The translations under genes and the position numbers were made by a program. Below, piece after piece: positions 8,862-19,392 of a stretch of 30,049 nucleotides of DNA. The notes below the pieces were generated by a model that was not told the origin of the DNA, did no database searches, and saw nothing but the letters and a program-made list of their open reading frames with translations. Source of the DNA: a virus. Its lineage: Duplodnaviria > Caudoviricetes. The stretch spans positions 1-30,049 of IMG/VR virus record IMGVR_UViG_3300020045_000678; one strand, 5' to 3'. The first letter of the stretch is position 1. Each line of letters begins with the position of its first letter.

Positions 8862-9011
8862 ATGAAATTTAAATGTATCCTATCTGGTTGTGAATATGAT
8901 TTTACTAGTGAGCATGACATTGACACTATGTTAAAACACCCACAATATGCTGTTGTAGAAGACGTGGAAAAAGTGGAAGTTAAAGTAGCTAAAAAAACTA
9001 AGGGGGAATAG
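8862..9011 (+). CDS. Small hypothetical protein (49 aa; not in ORF track)
   Basis: AAGGA RBS; MKFKCILSGCEYDFTSEHDIDTMLKHPQY...KTKGE. Confidence 0.7.
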   Translation: MKFKCILSGCEYDFTSEHDIDTMLKHPQYAVVEDVEKVEVKVAKKTKGE

Positions 9012-9012
9012 T

Positions 9013-10356
9013 ATGGCGATATATCGTGGTAGTGGTGGCGCAAATGAAGCTACAGACGCGGCTACAAATCAAGCTTCTGCCGCCGCTGAATATGCCAGAC
9101 AAGCTAGTGAAAGTGCTTTAGACACACAAGAATTATATGACTTATTTGATGACACTTATTTAGGTGCTAAGTCAACAATCCCCACATTAGATAATGATGG
9201 GAATGCTCTAGTAGTTGGAGCTTTATACTTCTACACCGTAGAGAATAAATTAAAAGTGTATTCTGACATTGGTTGGATTGATAGTGCTGTGGCGTCCCCT
9301 AGTAGCTTTGTTAGCCAAGCTTTTAGTGGTACAGGAGCACAAGTAAACTTTACACTTTCTGCTATTCCTAGTTCAACACAATCTCTCATAGTTTTTGTGG
9401 CTGGTATTAGACTACGCCCTACTTTAGACTACACTGTTGCTTCAACTACATTAACTTTTGTAGTGGCTCCTGCTTTAGGTACAAATAACATATCAGTTCT
9501 TAACGTTACCACACTAGCTTCTGGAACTCCTGATGATAATACAATAAGTACAGTAAAGTTACAAAATGGTAGTGTAACATTAGATAAGTTAGCATTAAAC
9601 TCTGTAGATTCTAGTAGAATTGTAGATGGTTCTATCGTAGTCTCTGACCTTTCTCCAACAGTGTTAACTGCCACTAATATCGTAAATACTCCAGCAGGAG
9701 GTTTAGCTTCTACTACAGTACAAGCGGCACTTAATGAACTGGACACTGAAAAAGCTAGTTTATCTGGGGCTACTTTTACAGGGGATATTATCGTTCCTGA
9801 TGAAGTTTACGGGGCTGGGTGGAATGGTTCTTTAGAAACCCCAACTAAGAATGCTGTCTACGACAAACTACAAACTTTTAATTTTGGTCGTGTTCTAGCT
9901 CAAGTAGTCACGTTTCAAACAGGTACGGTTGCTACTGGTATTGTTCCTCTCCCTCACGATAATACTATTCCCCAAAATACTGAGGGCGACCAGTATATGA
10001 GTTTGGCTATCACGCCAACGAATGTGGCTAATACATTGGAAATTGAAGTTGACCTATTCGGTCAAGAGAGTACAAATACAAGTGATGGTTTTGCGGTTGC
10101 ATTATTTCAAGACTCTATAGCAAATGCGCTAACTGCTGGTGGCGCGCAGTTAGAAGGCGTTGCTGGTGCTGGAAGTCATACTGGCGTGCATTTGAAACAC
10201 TTTATGACAGCAGGAACTACTTCTGTTACAACTTTCAAAGTTAGAGCTGGCTTAAATGGTGCTGGAACTTTTGTATTTAATGGTACTGGTGGCTCTACTC
10301 AAGTATTTGGAGGCGTAATGGCTTCAAGAATAACTATCAAGGAGTATCTACCATGA
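9013..10356 (+). CDS. Tail fibre protein
   Basis: MAIYRGSGG N-terminus; DNDGNALVVGALYF; FSGTG..FTLS module; repeats of the SVTLDKLA type; TVQAALNEL. Confidence 0.75.
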   Translation: MAIYRGSGGANEATDAATNQASAAAEYARQASESALDTQELYDLFDDTYLGAKSTIPTLDNDGNALVVGALYFYTVENKLKVYSDIGWIDSAVASPSSFVSQAFSGTGAQVNFTLSAIPSSTQSLIVFVAGIRLRPTLDYTVASTTLTFVVAPALGTNNISVLNVTTLASGTPDDNTISTVKLQNGSVTLDKLALNSVDSSRIVDGSIVVSDLSPTVLTATNIVNTPAGGLASTTVQAALNELDTEKASLSGATFTGDIIVPDEVYGAGWNGSLETPTKNAVYDKLQTFNFGRVLAQVVTFQTGTVATGIVPLPHDNTIPQNTEGDQYMSLAITPTNVANTLEIEVDLFGQESTNTSDGFAVALFQDSIANALTAGGAQLEGVAGAGSHTGVHLKHFMTAGTTSVTTFKVRAGLNGAGTFVFNGTGGSTQVFGGVMASRITIKEYLP

Positions 10357-10706
10357 TTAAATTAGTTAAAAATCCACAAGGTGAAGTAGTGGCTTTTGGC
10401 GGGCATGAAGGGTATGAACCTACTGTACCTGATGGCTACACTTTAGAAGAAGTTGAAACATATACGCCTACGCCAACAGTAGCAGAACGTAAAGCCATTA
10501 AACAACGTGAGATTGATACTTTAGAATCAAGTCAATTTATGACACGCGGAGAACGTGAAGGATGGATTGCTATGGTTCTCGCACAGGCTACAGCACAATC
10601 AGTGCCAGAGCCTACATTATATTTAGCTAACTCATTCTATAAAAAGCTGAAAGACATCAACACGCAGGTTACTATATTACGTGCCGAGTTGAAAGCGATT
10701 GTATGA
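10353..10706 (+). CDS. Putative tail fibre assembly/chaperone protein
   Basis: ATGA-coupled to the fibre gene; 117 aa; EIDTLES...R motif. Confidence 0.45.
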   Translation: MIKLVKNPQGEVVAFGGHEGYEPTVPDGYTLEEVETYTPTPTVAERKAIKQREIDTLESSQFMTRGEREGWIAMVLAQATAQSVPEPTLYLANSFYKKLKDINTQVTILRAELKAIV

Positions 10707-10984
10707 TTTGGCTGATTATATTTAATCCATTAACCTTACTGTTAGTATATATTTTATACACTAAATCAAGCGTTATATATAAAAAAATAATTACTGTGTT
10801 TGGCGGTTTAATTGATGTAATTGTAAATATAACTTGGTTCACTATTATATTTGCTGAATTTCCAAAAGAGTTGTTGCTGACTAAACGAGTTAGTCGTCTT
10901 AAATCATCTTCTGGTTATCGTGGCTGGATTGCTAACATGCTATGTAAACTTCTTAATTACTTTGAGAAAGACCATTGTAAATGA
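10703..10984 (+). CDS. Small membrane protein
   Basis: Two hydrophobic segments; DVIVN..LLTKRVSR..DHC; ATGA-coupled. Confidence 0.6.
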   Translation: MIWLIIFNPLTLLLVYILYTKSSVIYKKIITVFGGLIDVIVNITWFTIIFAEFPKELLLTKRVSRLKSSSGYRGWIANMLCKLLNYFEKDHCK

Positions 10985-11187
10985 GATTACTTATTATGGC
11001 AATGTTACCAATGTGGGTATTAGGCACATTTATATTCATTCAATTACTACGTCCACTCAAACCTCCTGCGGATACGTCTAACCGTATTAATCGTATAAGA
11101 CTGGTGTGGTTCTCTTTAACACGACCTGAGTTATTTGTAGAGACATTTGAATGGTTAAAACATGACGAGTTAGATAATCTTAAATAA
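10981..11187 (+). CDS. Small membrane-anchored protein
   Basis: N-terminal hydrophobic helix; ATGA-coupled. Confidence 0.55.
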   Translation: MRLLIMAMLPMWVLGTFIFIQLLRPLKPPADTSNRINRIRLVWFSLTRPELFVETFEWLKHDELDNLK

Positions 11188-11198
11188 AAAGGAATTTT

Positions 11199-11663
11199 AT
11201 GTTTGGTGCTTTGTTTAGCTTCTTAGGAGGCTCTGTCTTTAGGATGATTTGGGGTGAAGTTTCTGCGTATGTTACCAAGAAACAAGACCATGCCAACGGA
11301 TTATCTTTATTAAAATTACAAGATGAAGTTAATGGTAATCAGTTTGAACGTGAGTTAGAAAAAGCTAAAGTGTTTGCTGAACTTGGCATTAAAGAGATTG
11401 AAGCTAAAACTGAATCTGCACTATTAACAAAAGATGCTGATGCTTTTACAGAGGCAATGAAAACAATTAACTCTAAAATTGATGTTCCTTGGGTAGATGC
11501 TTGGAATGGTATTATCAGACCTTTAGCGGCTACTACAGCTATCCTTCTTTGGTGGTTCTGTTTATACACACAAGGGTTTGTTCTTGGTGAATGGGATAAA
11601 GAATTAGTTGGAGTTATTCTTGGTTTCTATTTTGCTCACAGGGTATTTATAAATAAAAAATAA
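11199..11663 (+). CDS. Putative holin (GTA-type 3TM-like)
   Basis: WVDAWNGIIRP followed by two TM helices, ending ILGFYFAHR. Confidence 0.6.
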   Translation: MFGALFSFLGGSVFRMIWGEVSAYVTKKQDHANGLSLLKLQDEVNGNQFERELEKAKVFAELGIKEIEAKTESALLTKDADAFTEAMKTINSKIDVPWVDAWNGIIRPLAATTAILLWWFCLYTQGFVLGEWDKELVGVILGFYFAHRVFINKK

Positions 11664-11671
11664 GGAAGATT

Positions 11672-12313
11672 ATGACGTACATTGATATTGTAAATAGAGT
11701 GTTACGTCGCCTACGTGAGAATGAGGTGACTACCATTAACGAGACTCCTTATTCTCGTCTAATTGGCGACTTGGTGAATGTAACTAAACGAGACATTGAG
11801 GATGCTTGGGATTGGAGTGCTCTAAGAGGAACACTAACAGCAACTACAGTGGATAACTTATTTAACTATGTTCTAGCTGGTGGTAGTAACAGACTTCGTA
11901 TTATTGATGTTATTAATGACACTACTAATGTAGTTTTAACTCAAAGAACAACCAGATGGTTTAATGATACATTCTTAATCCTTCCAGTGCAAAAGGGAGC
12001 GCCTACAGATTTTAATTTGAATGGTGTTGACCCCGATGGCGATGCTCAGATAGACTTCTATCCAATTCCAGATGAAACCTATTTAATTAGAATTAATGCT
12101 ATTTATCCACAAGCAGAACTAGAGAATGATAGTGATGTTATTCAAGTAAATTCTCAACTTGTTATTGAAGGCACTCTAGCAAGGGCTATCAGTGAGCGTG
12201 GTGATGATGGCGGCTATACAGAGCAAGAACAGCGTTTCCTAAAAATGTTAGCTGACTTGATTTCAATTGAGGCTAACCAACGCTCAGATGAAATTACATG
12301 GGGAGCTTCCTAA
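11672..12313 (+). CDS. Tail adaptor / tubular protein A-like
   Basis: MTYIDIVNRVLRRLRE, WDWSAL and FYPIPD motifs; podovirus synteny. Confidence 0.75.
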   Translation: MTYIDIVNRVLRRLRENEVTTINETPYSRLIGDLVNVTKRDIEDAWDWSALRGTLTATTVDNLFNYVLAGGSNRLRIIDVINDTTNVVLTQRTTRWFNDTFLILPVQKGAPTDFNLNGVDPDGDAQIDFYPIPDETYLIRINAIYPQAELENDSDVIQVNSQLVIEGTLARAISERGDDGGYTEQEQRFLKMLADLISIEANQRSDEITWGAS

Positions 12314-13905
12314 TGTCAGGGGCATTAAAAACTACATCAATATCAGCTCCAGGATTTTTGGGATTAAATACTCAAGATAGTGGAGCTTCTTTAGAAAGTG
12401 GTTATGCTACTAAAGCATATAACTGTGTCATAGATAAGTTTGGTAGGTTAGGTGCTCGTAGAGGGTACACTCCTATTACAGATGATAATGGAACCTTATT
12501 AGACACAGATGCAATCAAGTCTCTATTTGAGTATAAAGATGTGGATGGAAATATCTCTTACCTATCTTCTGGAGGTGGTAAACTCTTTGTTGGGTTAGAT
12601 ACTCTAGTAGAACAGAAAGTTCGTAATGTTACAGATACAGCAGACATAGCACTAACTACTTCAAATGATAATTGGCAATATGCTAATCTTCCATTTGGAG
12701 CTGGAATTTCTGCTACAGGAGAAGTGTTTTTAGCTCAGAACGGAAATGCTCTTTTATGCTACAACAAAATGACTCCTCCTAATTATATCTTTCAAAGAGT
12801 GGGAGATATTGGGAGTGTTCCTACAGGATTCTTAGTTGGAGATTTTGACCCTAATTGCATTCTAAGTGCTTTTGGTAGAGTTTGGGCGGCAAGTCCTTCT
12901 GGAAGTAGAACTACAGTTTACTACTCACAACTATTAAATGGTCATGAGTTTGCTGGGGTAGGGTCTGGAGTATTAGATATTGCTTCTGTAGTAGGAAATA
13001 ACGACGAAATCGTTGCAATTGCTGACCACAACAGTTTTTTAGTCATTTTTTGTAGGAATAATGTCGTAATTTACTCGGATGCCTCTAGTCCTTCCACAAT
13101 CGCTCTACAAGACGTTATCACTGGAGTTGGATGTATAGCTAGGGACAGTGTGCAAAAGACAGGCACAGACCTTGTATTCTTGTCGAAAACTGGAGTGAGA
13201 AGTTTAAATCGCACAATTCAAGAGAAATCTATGCCTTTACGGGAACTTTCTCTAAATGTTCGTGATGATATTATCTCCTACATAGATGGTGAGGATTTTA
13301 GTAACATTAAAAGTGTTTATTTTGAACGCGATGCTTTCTATCTACTTTCTTTCCCAGCAATAAAGCATGTTGTTTGTTTTGACATGAGAAACCAACTTCC
13401 TAACGGAGCGGCAAGAACAACTCTTTGGAACAATTTATCACATACAGCCTATTGTAAAACTGAGGATAGAAGAATTCTACTAGGTAATCTTGGTGGGATT
13501 TATAAGTATGAAGGATATAGTGATAATGGTAATTCTTATAGGTTAGAGTATTTTACTACTAACACAGATTTAGGACTACCATCCACTTTGAAATTCCTAA
13601 AGAAAGCGGCATTAACTGTCATCGGTTCTGAAACACAAGATTTTATTGTTAAATATGGATTTGACTATAGTTACACCTTCTCTTCTCGTGTTATTTTAAA
13701 TGACCTTTCTTCTGTAGTTTCTGAATATGCTATTTCAGAATATGGGATAGGAGAATGGACAGGGGGTTTAAGGATTAACACTTTCTCAGTTAATCTTGGA
13801 GGTAGTGGTAAGATAGTTCAATTTGGAATTGAGAGTGAGGTTAACGGTGCTCCTGTGAGTATTCAAAAAGCAGACCTCTATATTAAAACAGGGAAACTGG
13901 TATGA
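12313..13905 (+). CDS. Tail nozzle / tubular protein B-like (start probably 12313)
   Basis: About 530 aa, beta-rich; APGFLGLNTQD and GVGCIARDSV motifs; TAATG coupling to the upstream gene. Confidence 0.75.
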   Translation: MSGALKTTSISAPGFLGLNTQDSGASLESGYATKAYNCVIDKFGRLGARRGYTPITDDNGTLLDTDAIKSLFEYKDVDGNISYLSSGGGKLFVGLDTLVEQKVRNVTDTADIALTTSNDNWQYANLPFGAGISATGEVFLAQNGNALLCYNKMTPPNYIFQRVGDIGSVPTGFLVGDFDPNCILSAFGRVWAASPSGSRTTVYYSQLLNGHEFAGVGSGVLDIASVVGNNDEIVAIADHNSFLVIFCRNNVVIYSDASSPSTIALQDVITGVGCIARDSVQKTGTDLVFLSKTGVRSLNRTIQEKSMPLRELSLNVRDDIISYIDGEDFSNIKSVYFERDAFYLLSFPAIKHVVCFDMRNQLPNGAARTTLWNNLSHTAYCKTEDRRILLGNLGGIYKYEGYSDNGNSYRLEYFTTNTDLGLPSTLKFLKKAALTVIGSETQDFIVKYGFDYSYTFSSRVILNDLSSVVSEYAISEYGIGEWTGGLRINTFSVNLGGSGKIVQFGIESEVNGAPVSIQKADLYIKTGKLV

Positions 13906-14540
13906 ATTATATTAAAGCTACAAACTTCTATTTAAAAGACTCTCTTGTCACTGGAGACCCTGCTAAGATTATTCGAGGCACTGAGGTTGATGCTGAGTTC
14001 AATGCTATTGCTACAGCTATTATAAGTAAGGCAGATTTAGTTTCCCCAGCTCTGTCAGGTACTCCTACAGCCCCTACACCGAGCCTTGGTGATAACTCTA
14101 GTAGACTAGCTACCACAGCTTTCGTGCTTGTTAATGCTCTTCCAGCAGGGGCAGTTATTCTTTGGAGTGGTTCTACGGCATCTGTTCCAACAGGTTATTT
14201 ATTATGTGATGGTACGTTTGGTACTCCAGATTTACGTAATAAATTTATAATTGGTGGTGGAGGTAGTTATGCTGTAAATGCTACTGGAGGGTCTAAAGAT
14301 TCAATAGTTGTAGAACACACCCATACTATTAATGACCCACAACATAATCATGCTAATAACTCAGGTACTCAACTAGGTGGTGGTGGTACACTAGACATTG
14401 GTATTGATAATGTGGGTATTAATGCTACTGCTCGTACAGGGAATAGTGCAACTGGAATAACTCTTAATTCAACAGGTGTTACTGGTGTAGACGCTAATCT
14501 TCCTCCTTATTATGCTCTAGCTTACATTATGAAGTCTTAG
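13902..14540 (+). CDS. Tail needle/short fibre with tail-collar domain
   Basis: EFNAIATAI..KAD, SGTPTAPT, VPTGYLLCDG..TPDLRNKF and NLPPYYALAYIMK motifs. Confidence 0.8.
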   Translation: MNYIKATNFYLKDSLVTGDPAKIIRGTEVDAEFNAIATAIISKADLVSPALSGTPTAPTPSLGDNSSRLATTAFVLVNALPAGAVILWSGSTASVPTGYLLCDGTFGTPDLRNKFIIGGGGSYAVNATGGSKDSIVVEHTHTINDPQHNHANNSGTQLGGGGTLDIGIDNVGINATARTGNSATGITLNSTGVTGVDANLPPYYALAYIMKS

Positions 14541-14541
14541 T

Positions 14542-14841
14542 ATGAGACTAAAGATAATTGATAATGACCTTTTAAGAATATCCTTTGACTATATTAAAAT
14601 TAGTGGTGTCAAAAGTATTATAGCTCATTGTTATATCTATGAGTATAATAAAAATACAAAAAAAGAAATATTACAAACTATTATAGATTTAGCTAAAACA
14701 CAAACAAAACCTATTTATGTTCTCTGTGATGAGAATGATAAGAAACATTTAAAATGGGTTTTAATGTGCGGGTTTAAACCTACAGGAAATTCTGTAATTG
14801 TTAAAGACGAAGAAAAACTATTATTTAAATGGAGTTTTTAA
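14542..14841 (+). CDS. Small putative GNAT-like virion assembly protein
   Basis: Position before the ejection genes; DKKHLKWVLMCGF resembles the end of a GNAT fold. Confidence 0.45.
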   Translation: MRLKIIDNDLLRISFDYIKISGVKSIIAHCYIYEYNKNTKKEILQTIIDLAKTQTKPIYVLCDENDKKHLKWVLMCGFKPTGNSVIVKDEEKLLFKWSF

Positions 14842-15756
14842 ATGGATGACGCACCAGATATTCCAGACTTACAGATGACACCTACAACAGTTTCCACAGG
14901 ATTTGGTACTGGAAGCTACGACCCCGCTACAGGAAATGCTGGATACACATTAAACCCGACATTAGCTAAGTTTAGGGATATGTTCTATGGAGCCGCTGGT
15001 AATATGGCTCCTACACAACAACAATTACAATATGGTAAAGACGTAAGTAATTATGGTCAAAACCTATTCAACCAAGCCGCAAACCTAAATACAGGTCAAA
15101 TGGCACAGGACTATTACACACAACAACAACAAGCTTTAAACCCTCAGCGTATGCAAGAGAACTCTCAATTGGGAGACACTCTGTTTAAACAAGGTAGGAC
15201 TGGGGCTGGTATTGGGGTTAGTGGTGGTTATGTAAATCCTGAGCAATTTGCATTACTAAAAGCTAGAGAAGGTCAAAACGCTCAATTAATGCTAGGTGCA
15301 GAAGACAGGGCTAGAGGAATTCAACAACAAGACATTTCTAATGCTTTTAACTATTCTAATGCTGGCAGTGCTCTACAAATGCAACCATATCAAAATGTGG
15401 CTAGTTTGTTTGGGTTAGGTACTGGTATTGAAGGCTTGGGAGCTAATACTCTAAGCCAAGTAGGGCAGTTTGGTCAAATGCAACAACAATGGTCTCAAGC
15501 ACAACAACAAGTAGCCGCCGCGCAAGCCGCCGCTGAGGGTGGTGGTTTTATGAGTGGTCTTACTGGTGCTTTAGGTCAAGGCTTAGGCACTTACTTTGGC
15601 GGTAGTGTTGGCGGAGCTATCGGAGGTAAAGTGGGTGGTATGATTGGTGGTGGGAATTCAGGAGGCGGTGGACTATTCTCTAGCCTATTCTCTGGTGGAG
15701 ATTATCAAATGCCTCAGTCACAATCTTTTGACTACTACAATTCAATGGGAGGTTAA
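14842..15756 (+). CDS. Putative internal virion / DNA ejection protein
   Basis: Q/G/A-rich, with a glycine-rich hydrophobic C-terminus; synteny. Confidence 0.6.
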   Translation: MDDAPDIPDLQMTPTTVSTGFGTGSYDPATGNAGYTLNPTLAKFRDMFYGAAGNMAPTQQQLQYGKDVSNYGQNLFNQAANLNTGQMAQDYYTQQQQALNPQRMQENSQLGDTLFKQGRTGAGIGVSGGYVNPEQFALLKAREGQNAQLMLGAEDRARGIQQQDISNAFNYSNAGSALQMQPYQNVASLFGLGTGIEGLGANTLSQVGQFGQMQQQWSQAQQQVAAAQAAAEGGGFMSGLTGALGQGLGTYFGGSVGGAIGGKVGGMIGGGNSGGGGLFSSLFSGGDYQMPQSQSFDYYNSMGG

Positions 15757-15758
15757 GG

Positions 15759-17258
15759 ATGGCTGATATTGTATCAAGTTTATTTGGATTGTCTACAAAC
15801 GACATCCAACAAAAAAGAAATGAAGAGTTTAAAGCTTTCCAAACCTCTATGGTAAATCAGGCTAGAGGCAGTAGGGCTAAAGTTGGAGCTAGTTTTGGCG
15901 CTGGCTTAGGTGCGGGGTTAGGTAAAGCCGCGGCTGGATGGTTAGGTATTCAAGACCCTGAGTTAGAACGTGCGGCTACTATTGAGAAGGTGTTAAAAGA
16001 TACTCAAGACCAACTTGGTGACGGTGTTCAAGACCCAGCTACCCTATACCCCACTCTACAAAAGAATCTAAATGATGCTGGTTTCACTCGTGAGGCTATG
16101 CAATTAGGTGAAGTTTCTCAAAAAGCAATTCAACAAAAACAATTGAATGAAGCTAGTATTCAAGAGAAACAAGCTAATGCTCAAACTAAAGCTTTTGAAT
16201 TGCAAGCAAAACAAGGTGAGGCAGAAACTGTTAAGCAATATCAAACTGAGTTAGCAACTTTAGACCCAGAGTCTCCCACCTATCAACAAGATGCTATGAA
16301 GGTGGCTCTTAAGTATGCTCCTCCAGAAAAAGTGTACTCTACTTTACAAACTTCTCAAGATAAAGAAGCTTACAGAGTATGGGCTTCTAAGTTACAGGAC
16401 GACGCACAGCAAGCCAAGATTGAGGCGGCAATAGCTAGAGGTGCTTCTGCCCAAGAATTAGCTATCTTAAAAGGCTCTATAGATAAAGAGAAAGTTATAT
16501 TAAAAGCTAAGATAGCGCCAGAAGCTGGGGATAAACCTCTTTCTGGTCGTGAGGCTAGGTACGCTGACGTTGTAGGTATTGCTGGTAATGAGGCTATTGG
16601 TAGTATTCTGAATATTGTAAATCTTCCATCTGCTGTAACTGGCGGATTCTGGGGGAGTGGGTTAGCTAAGATGCAAGCTGGTACAGGGATGTTAGATGCC
16701 CCAGTAGGAGCTTTAAAAAATGAACTAACTCCAGAAGCAGTTCAACGATATAATGCAGAGATTAGGAATATTGGTAAAAACTTCTCTCGCTTAGTTAATG
16801 GCGGATTACAAGCTTCTCAGGCGGATATGGATAGTTTTGAGAATCAATTTAGAATTCAGGAGGGAGATAAACCCCTAACTGCGTTAACTAAACTAGCTCA
16901 AATGCGTCAAACTTTTGAACGTGCGGCTGAGGTTAAGGAAGTATCTGCGGCAACCCCTAAAGAACAACTTGAGTTGTGGAAGTTGTGGAGAAAACAGGTA
17001 GAAGAGGCTATTCCTATCACTGTTAACGATGTTAATAACATTGCCAATTCTAAAGATAAAAGTAAGACTTTTGCACAGGCTTTACAAGAGGCTCAGAAAG
17101 CTGGTGAGGTTACTTTCAGACCTGCTAAAGGCTGGGAGCCACGTTCTCAAAAAGACATAGATGAAATTGAGAAGGCTATGAAAGTTGTTAGCATGGGTAG
17201 ATTATCTAAAGCAAAGGCAAAATCAATCTTAATTAGACAGGGCATAAAGGTAGAATAA
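15759..17258 (+). CDS. Putative internal virion / DNA ejection protein
   Basis: Glycine-zipper GAGLGAGLG followed by Q/A-rich coiled coils; synteny. Confidence 0.55.
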   Translation: MADIVSSLFGLSTNDIQQKRNEEFKAFQTSMVNQARGSRAKVGASFGAGLGAGLGKAAAGWLGIQDPELERAATIEKVLKDTQDQLGDGVQDPATLYPTLQKNLNDAGFTREAMQLGEVSQKAIQQKQLNEASIQEKQANAQTKAFELQAKQGEAETVKQYQTELATLDPESPTYQQDAMKVALKYAPPEKVYSTLQTSQDKEAYRVWASKLQDDAQQAKIEAAIARGASAQELAILKGSIDKEKVILKAKIAPEAGDKPLSGREARYADVVGIAGNEAIGSILNIVNLPSAVTGGFWGSGLAKMQAGTGMLDAPVGALKNELTPEAVQRYNAEIRNIGKNFSRLVNGGLQASQADMDSFENQFRIQEGDKPLTALTKLAQMRQTFERAAEVKEVSAATPKEQLELWKLWRKQVEEAIPITVNDVNNIANSKDKSKTFAQALQEAQKAGEVTFRPAKGWEPRSQKDIDEIEKAMKVVSMGRLSKAKAKSILIRQGIKVE

Positions 17259-18796
17259 TGAGTGAATTTGACCAATATTTAACAGAGGAGTCTTCAAGTG
17301 ACTTTGATAAGCTCTTAGCACAACCCACAGTTGCGCCTACAGTTAAGGATTTAGCTGAGAAACAAAAACCTGTGGGGTTCTTTGAAAATCTAGTTACAAG
17401 TCAACCTGAACAGCCCTTTGATTGGGGGAATGTGTTAACCTCTGGGGCTGTTGGGGCTGGTATCGGTTCGTTAGTTGCTGGACAAACAGCAGGTGGTGGG
17501 GCAGTTGCTGGAGGTATTGCTGGACTATCCAGTGGTGTAGCTTCTGAGGTGTTTCGTTCTAAGGGTGCTCCTCCATTAGTTACATTTGCGGCTGAAGCAG
17601 GTGGGGGGATTGTCCCTGTATCAATTGCTAAATTAGGCTCTAAAGCAATTGGAGCTGTTAACTATCGTGCTGGTAGATTAGCAGATTTAGCCTTAAACGA
17701 GAATAAGAAATTTACTACGGAAGAAATCAGAGCTACTTTAAGAGCTAAAGAACAGATGTTTGGGAAAGCCACTTTTGACGGTCTATATACATCTCAACAT
17801 TCTGACGCAGAGCAATACGCTTTAAAGAAAGAGTTTGGATTAGTTGGTAATGAAACCCAGAAAGCTAGTGACGTTGCGAGACAAGACTTTTATGCTAAGA
17901 TTAAAGGTTTAAAAGATAATGTAGAAGTTACTAATCCAGAAGCTGGAATGGTTCCTTATGGAACAAGGGCTGGAGATACTTTAACAAGTAAACCAATAGT
18001 TTTTGCTGACAGTCCTGAATTTAAAGAACTGCAAGCTGACTTAATTGCTCTTAGACAACGTGGTGGACTATCGGATAAAGGGGATTTAGCTCATATTACT
18101 CAAGTTGCAGGTTTAGAAAAGTCTGCCAATCCTAGAATCACTCCATTTTCTACTAAGGATATGCTTAATTTAATTCAAAATGGTGGTATTTACACAGCGA
18201 GTAAAAAAGGAGCTGAGGCTGAGACTAAGACTAAGATTACTGAGGCTTCTAGGAAAGCTCTGGAGAGTAGGTTTGACGAATTCTTACAGCGTAATGTTGG
18301 AGATGCCGCATATTCTACTCTTAAGGGAATAGAACGTAGAGAGTTTCAAGCCGCGGCTAAGGATAGTGTAACTACTCTGGTGGACAGTAAGTTTAGAATG
18401 GGTAGTGAAGCTTATGAGCAGTCTCTCAATAATCTTAAACGCTCTCCAGAAGGGAAAGCTCTATTAATGCAAGCTGTTAATCAACACTTTCTAAAGTTTG
18501 GTCAAGAGCAAGCCACTAAAACTGGTAAAATTGTAGGTATGGAATCTACTCCACAGAAGCTGACTGCTGAGTTACATAGATTACGTCCTGCTTTAGTTGA
18601 TAGTGGTATTTTAGCTAGAAGTGATTTTCAAGCTATACAAGACAAGATTAAACTACTACCTAAGACAATTGATAGTAATAAACGAAATCAAATTATTGCT
18701 ACCTATCTTTCTAGGGCTATGGCTGGTACTGCTGGTGCTGAGGTAGCTAATGCCTCTCGTGATTTTCAACCTCTTGATATATTTAGAAAGCAATAA
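17258..18796 (+). CDS. Putative internal virion / DNA ejection protein
   Basis: MSEFDQY N-terminus, glycine-zipper, helical body; last large gene of the module. Confidence 0.55.
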   Translation: MSEFDQYLTEESSSDFDKLLAQPTVAPTVKDLAEKQKPVGFFENLVTSQPEQPFDWGNVLTSGAVGAGIGSLVAGQTAGGGAVAGGIAGLSSGVASEVFRSKGAPPLVTFAAEAGGGIVPVSIAKLGSKAIGAVNYRAGRLADLALNENKKFTTEEIRATLRAKEQMFGKATFDGLYTSQHSDAEQYALKKEFGLVGNETQKASDVARQDFYAKIKGLKDNVEVTNPEAGMVPYGTRAGDTLTSKPIVFADSPEFKELQADLIALRQRGGLSDKGDLAHITQVAGLEKSANPRITPFSTKDMLNLIQNGGIYTASKKGAEAETKTKITEASRKALESRFDEFLQRNVGDAAYSTLKGIERREFQAAAKDSVTTLVDSKFRMGSEAYEQSLNNLKRSPEGKALLMQAVNQHFLKFGQEQATKTGKIVGMESTPQKLTAELHRLRPALVDSGILARSDFQAIQDKIKLLPKTIDSNKRNQIIATYLSRAMAGTAGAEVANASRDFQPLDIFRKQ

Positions 18797-18797
18797 T

Positions 18798-18959
18798 ATG
18801 GATGACTTAGAACAACATAAGCAAGTTATTAAAGAGGCTATAAAAGAGTGGTTGGACGAGAAGTTTGCTGACTTTGGTAAATGGACGATTAAGAGTTTAG
18901 GAGCAATCTTATTTACAGCTCTTATCGTCTACTTAGTTAATCATGGATTTATAAAATGA
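18798..18959 (+). CDS. Small single-TM protein (possible lysis accessory); start probably 18798
   Basis: VIKEAIKEWLDEKFADFGKW followed by a TM helix; ATGA-coupled to the next gene. Confidence 0.6.
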   Translation: MDDLEQHKQVIKEAIKEWLDEKFADFGKWTIKSLGAILFTALIVYLVNHGFIK

Positions 18960-19351
18960 ATATTATTCTTAAACGGTTTGAGTTTGGTGATACTTATACG
19001 ATAGGTAGATTATATGTTAATAATGTGTACCAGTGCTTTACTTTGGAAGATGCAGTTAGAGATACTAAGATTGCAGGGACGACAGCTATTGGAGAAGGTA
19101 CGTTCAAGGTTGTAATAACACGCTCCAATAGGTTTGGTAAGGATATGCCACTACTTCTTAATGTTCCTAATTACGAAGGTGTTAGGATACACTCTGGAAA
19201 CACTTCTAAGGATACTGAGGGTTGTATCATTCTAGGAGAGACTTGGGATAAGGGAGATTTTGTAGGGGGTAGTAGAGTAGCTTACAATAAGTTCTTTACT
19301 AAGTTAAAAGAGGGTTTAGAGAATGGTGTAGTATCTATGACAGTAGAATAA
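18956..19351 (+). CDS. DUF5675-family protein (candidate endolysin, L,D-transpeptidase-like)
   Basis: TIGRLY..CFTLED, TAI..G, VRIHSGN..DTEGCI motifs. Confidence 0.75.
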   Translation: MNIILKRFEFGDTYTIGRLYVNNVYQCFTLEDAVRDTKIAGTTAIGEGTFKVVITRSNRFGKDMPLLLNVPNYEGVRIHSGNTSKDTEGCIILGETWDKGDFVGGSRVAYNKFFTKLKEGLENGVVSMTVE

Positions 19352-19354
19352 GAA

Positions 19355-19386
19355 AAAGCCCCAAGGAGCAATCCAAGGGGCTTTTA
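19355..19386. terminator. Bidirectional terminator between the convergent modules
   Basis: AAAAGCCCC-AA-GGA-GCAA-TCC-AA-GGGGCTTTT. Confidence 0.85.
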
Positions 19387-19392
19387 TTTTAA

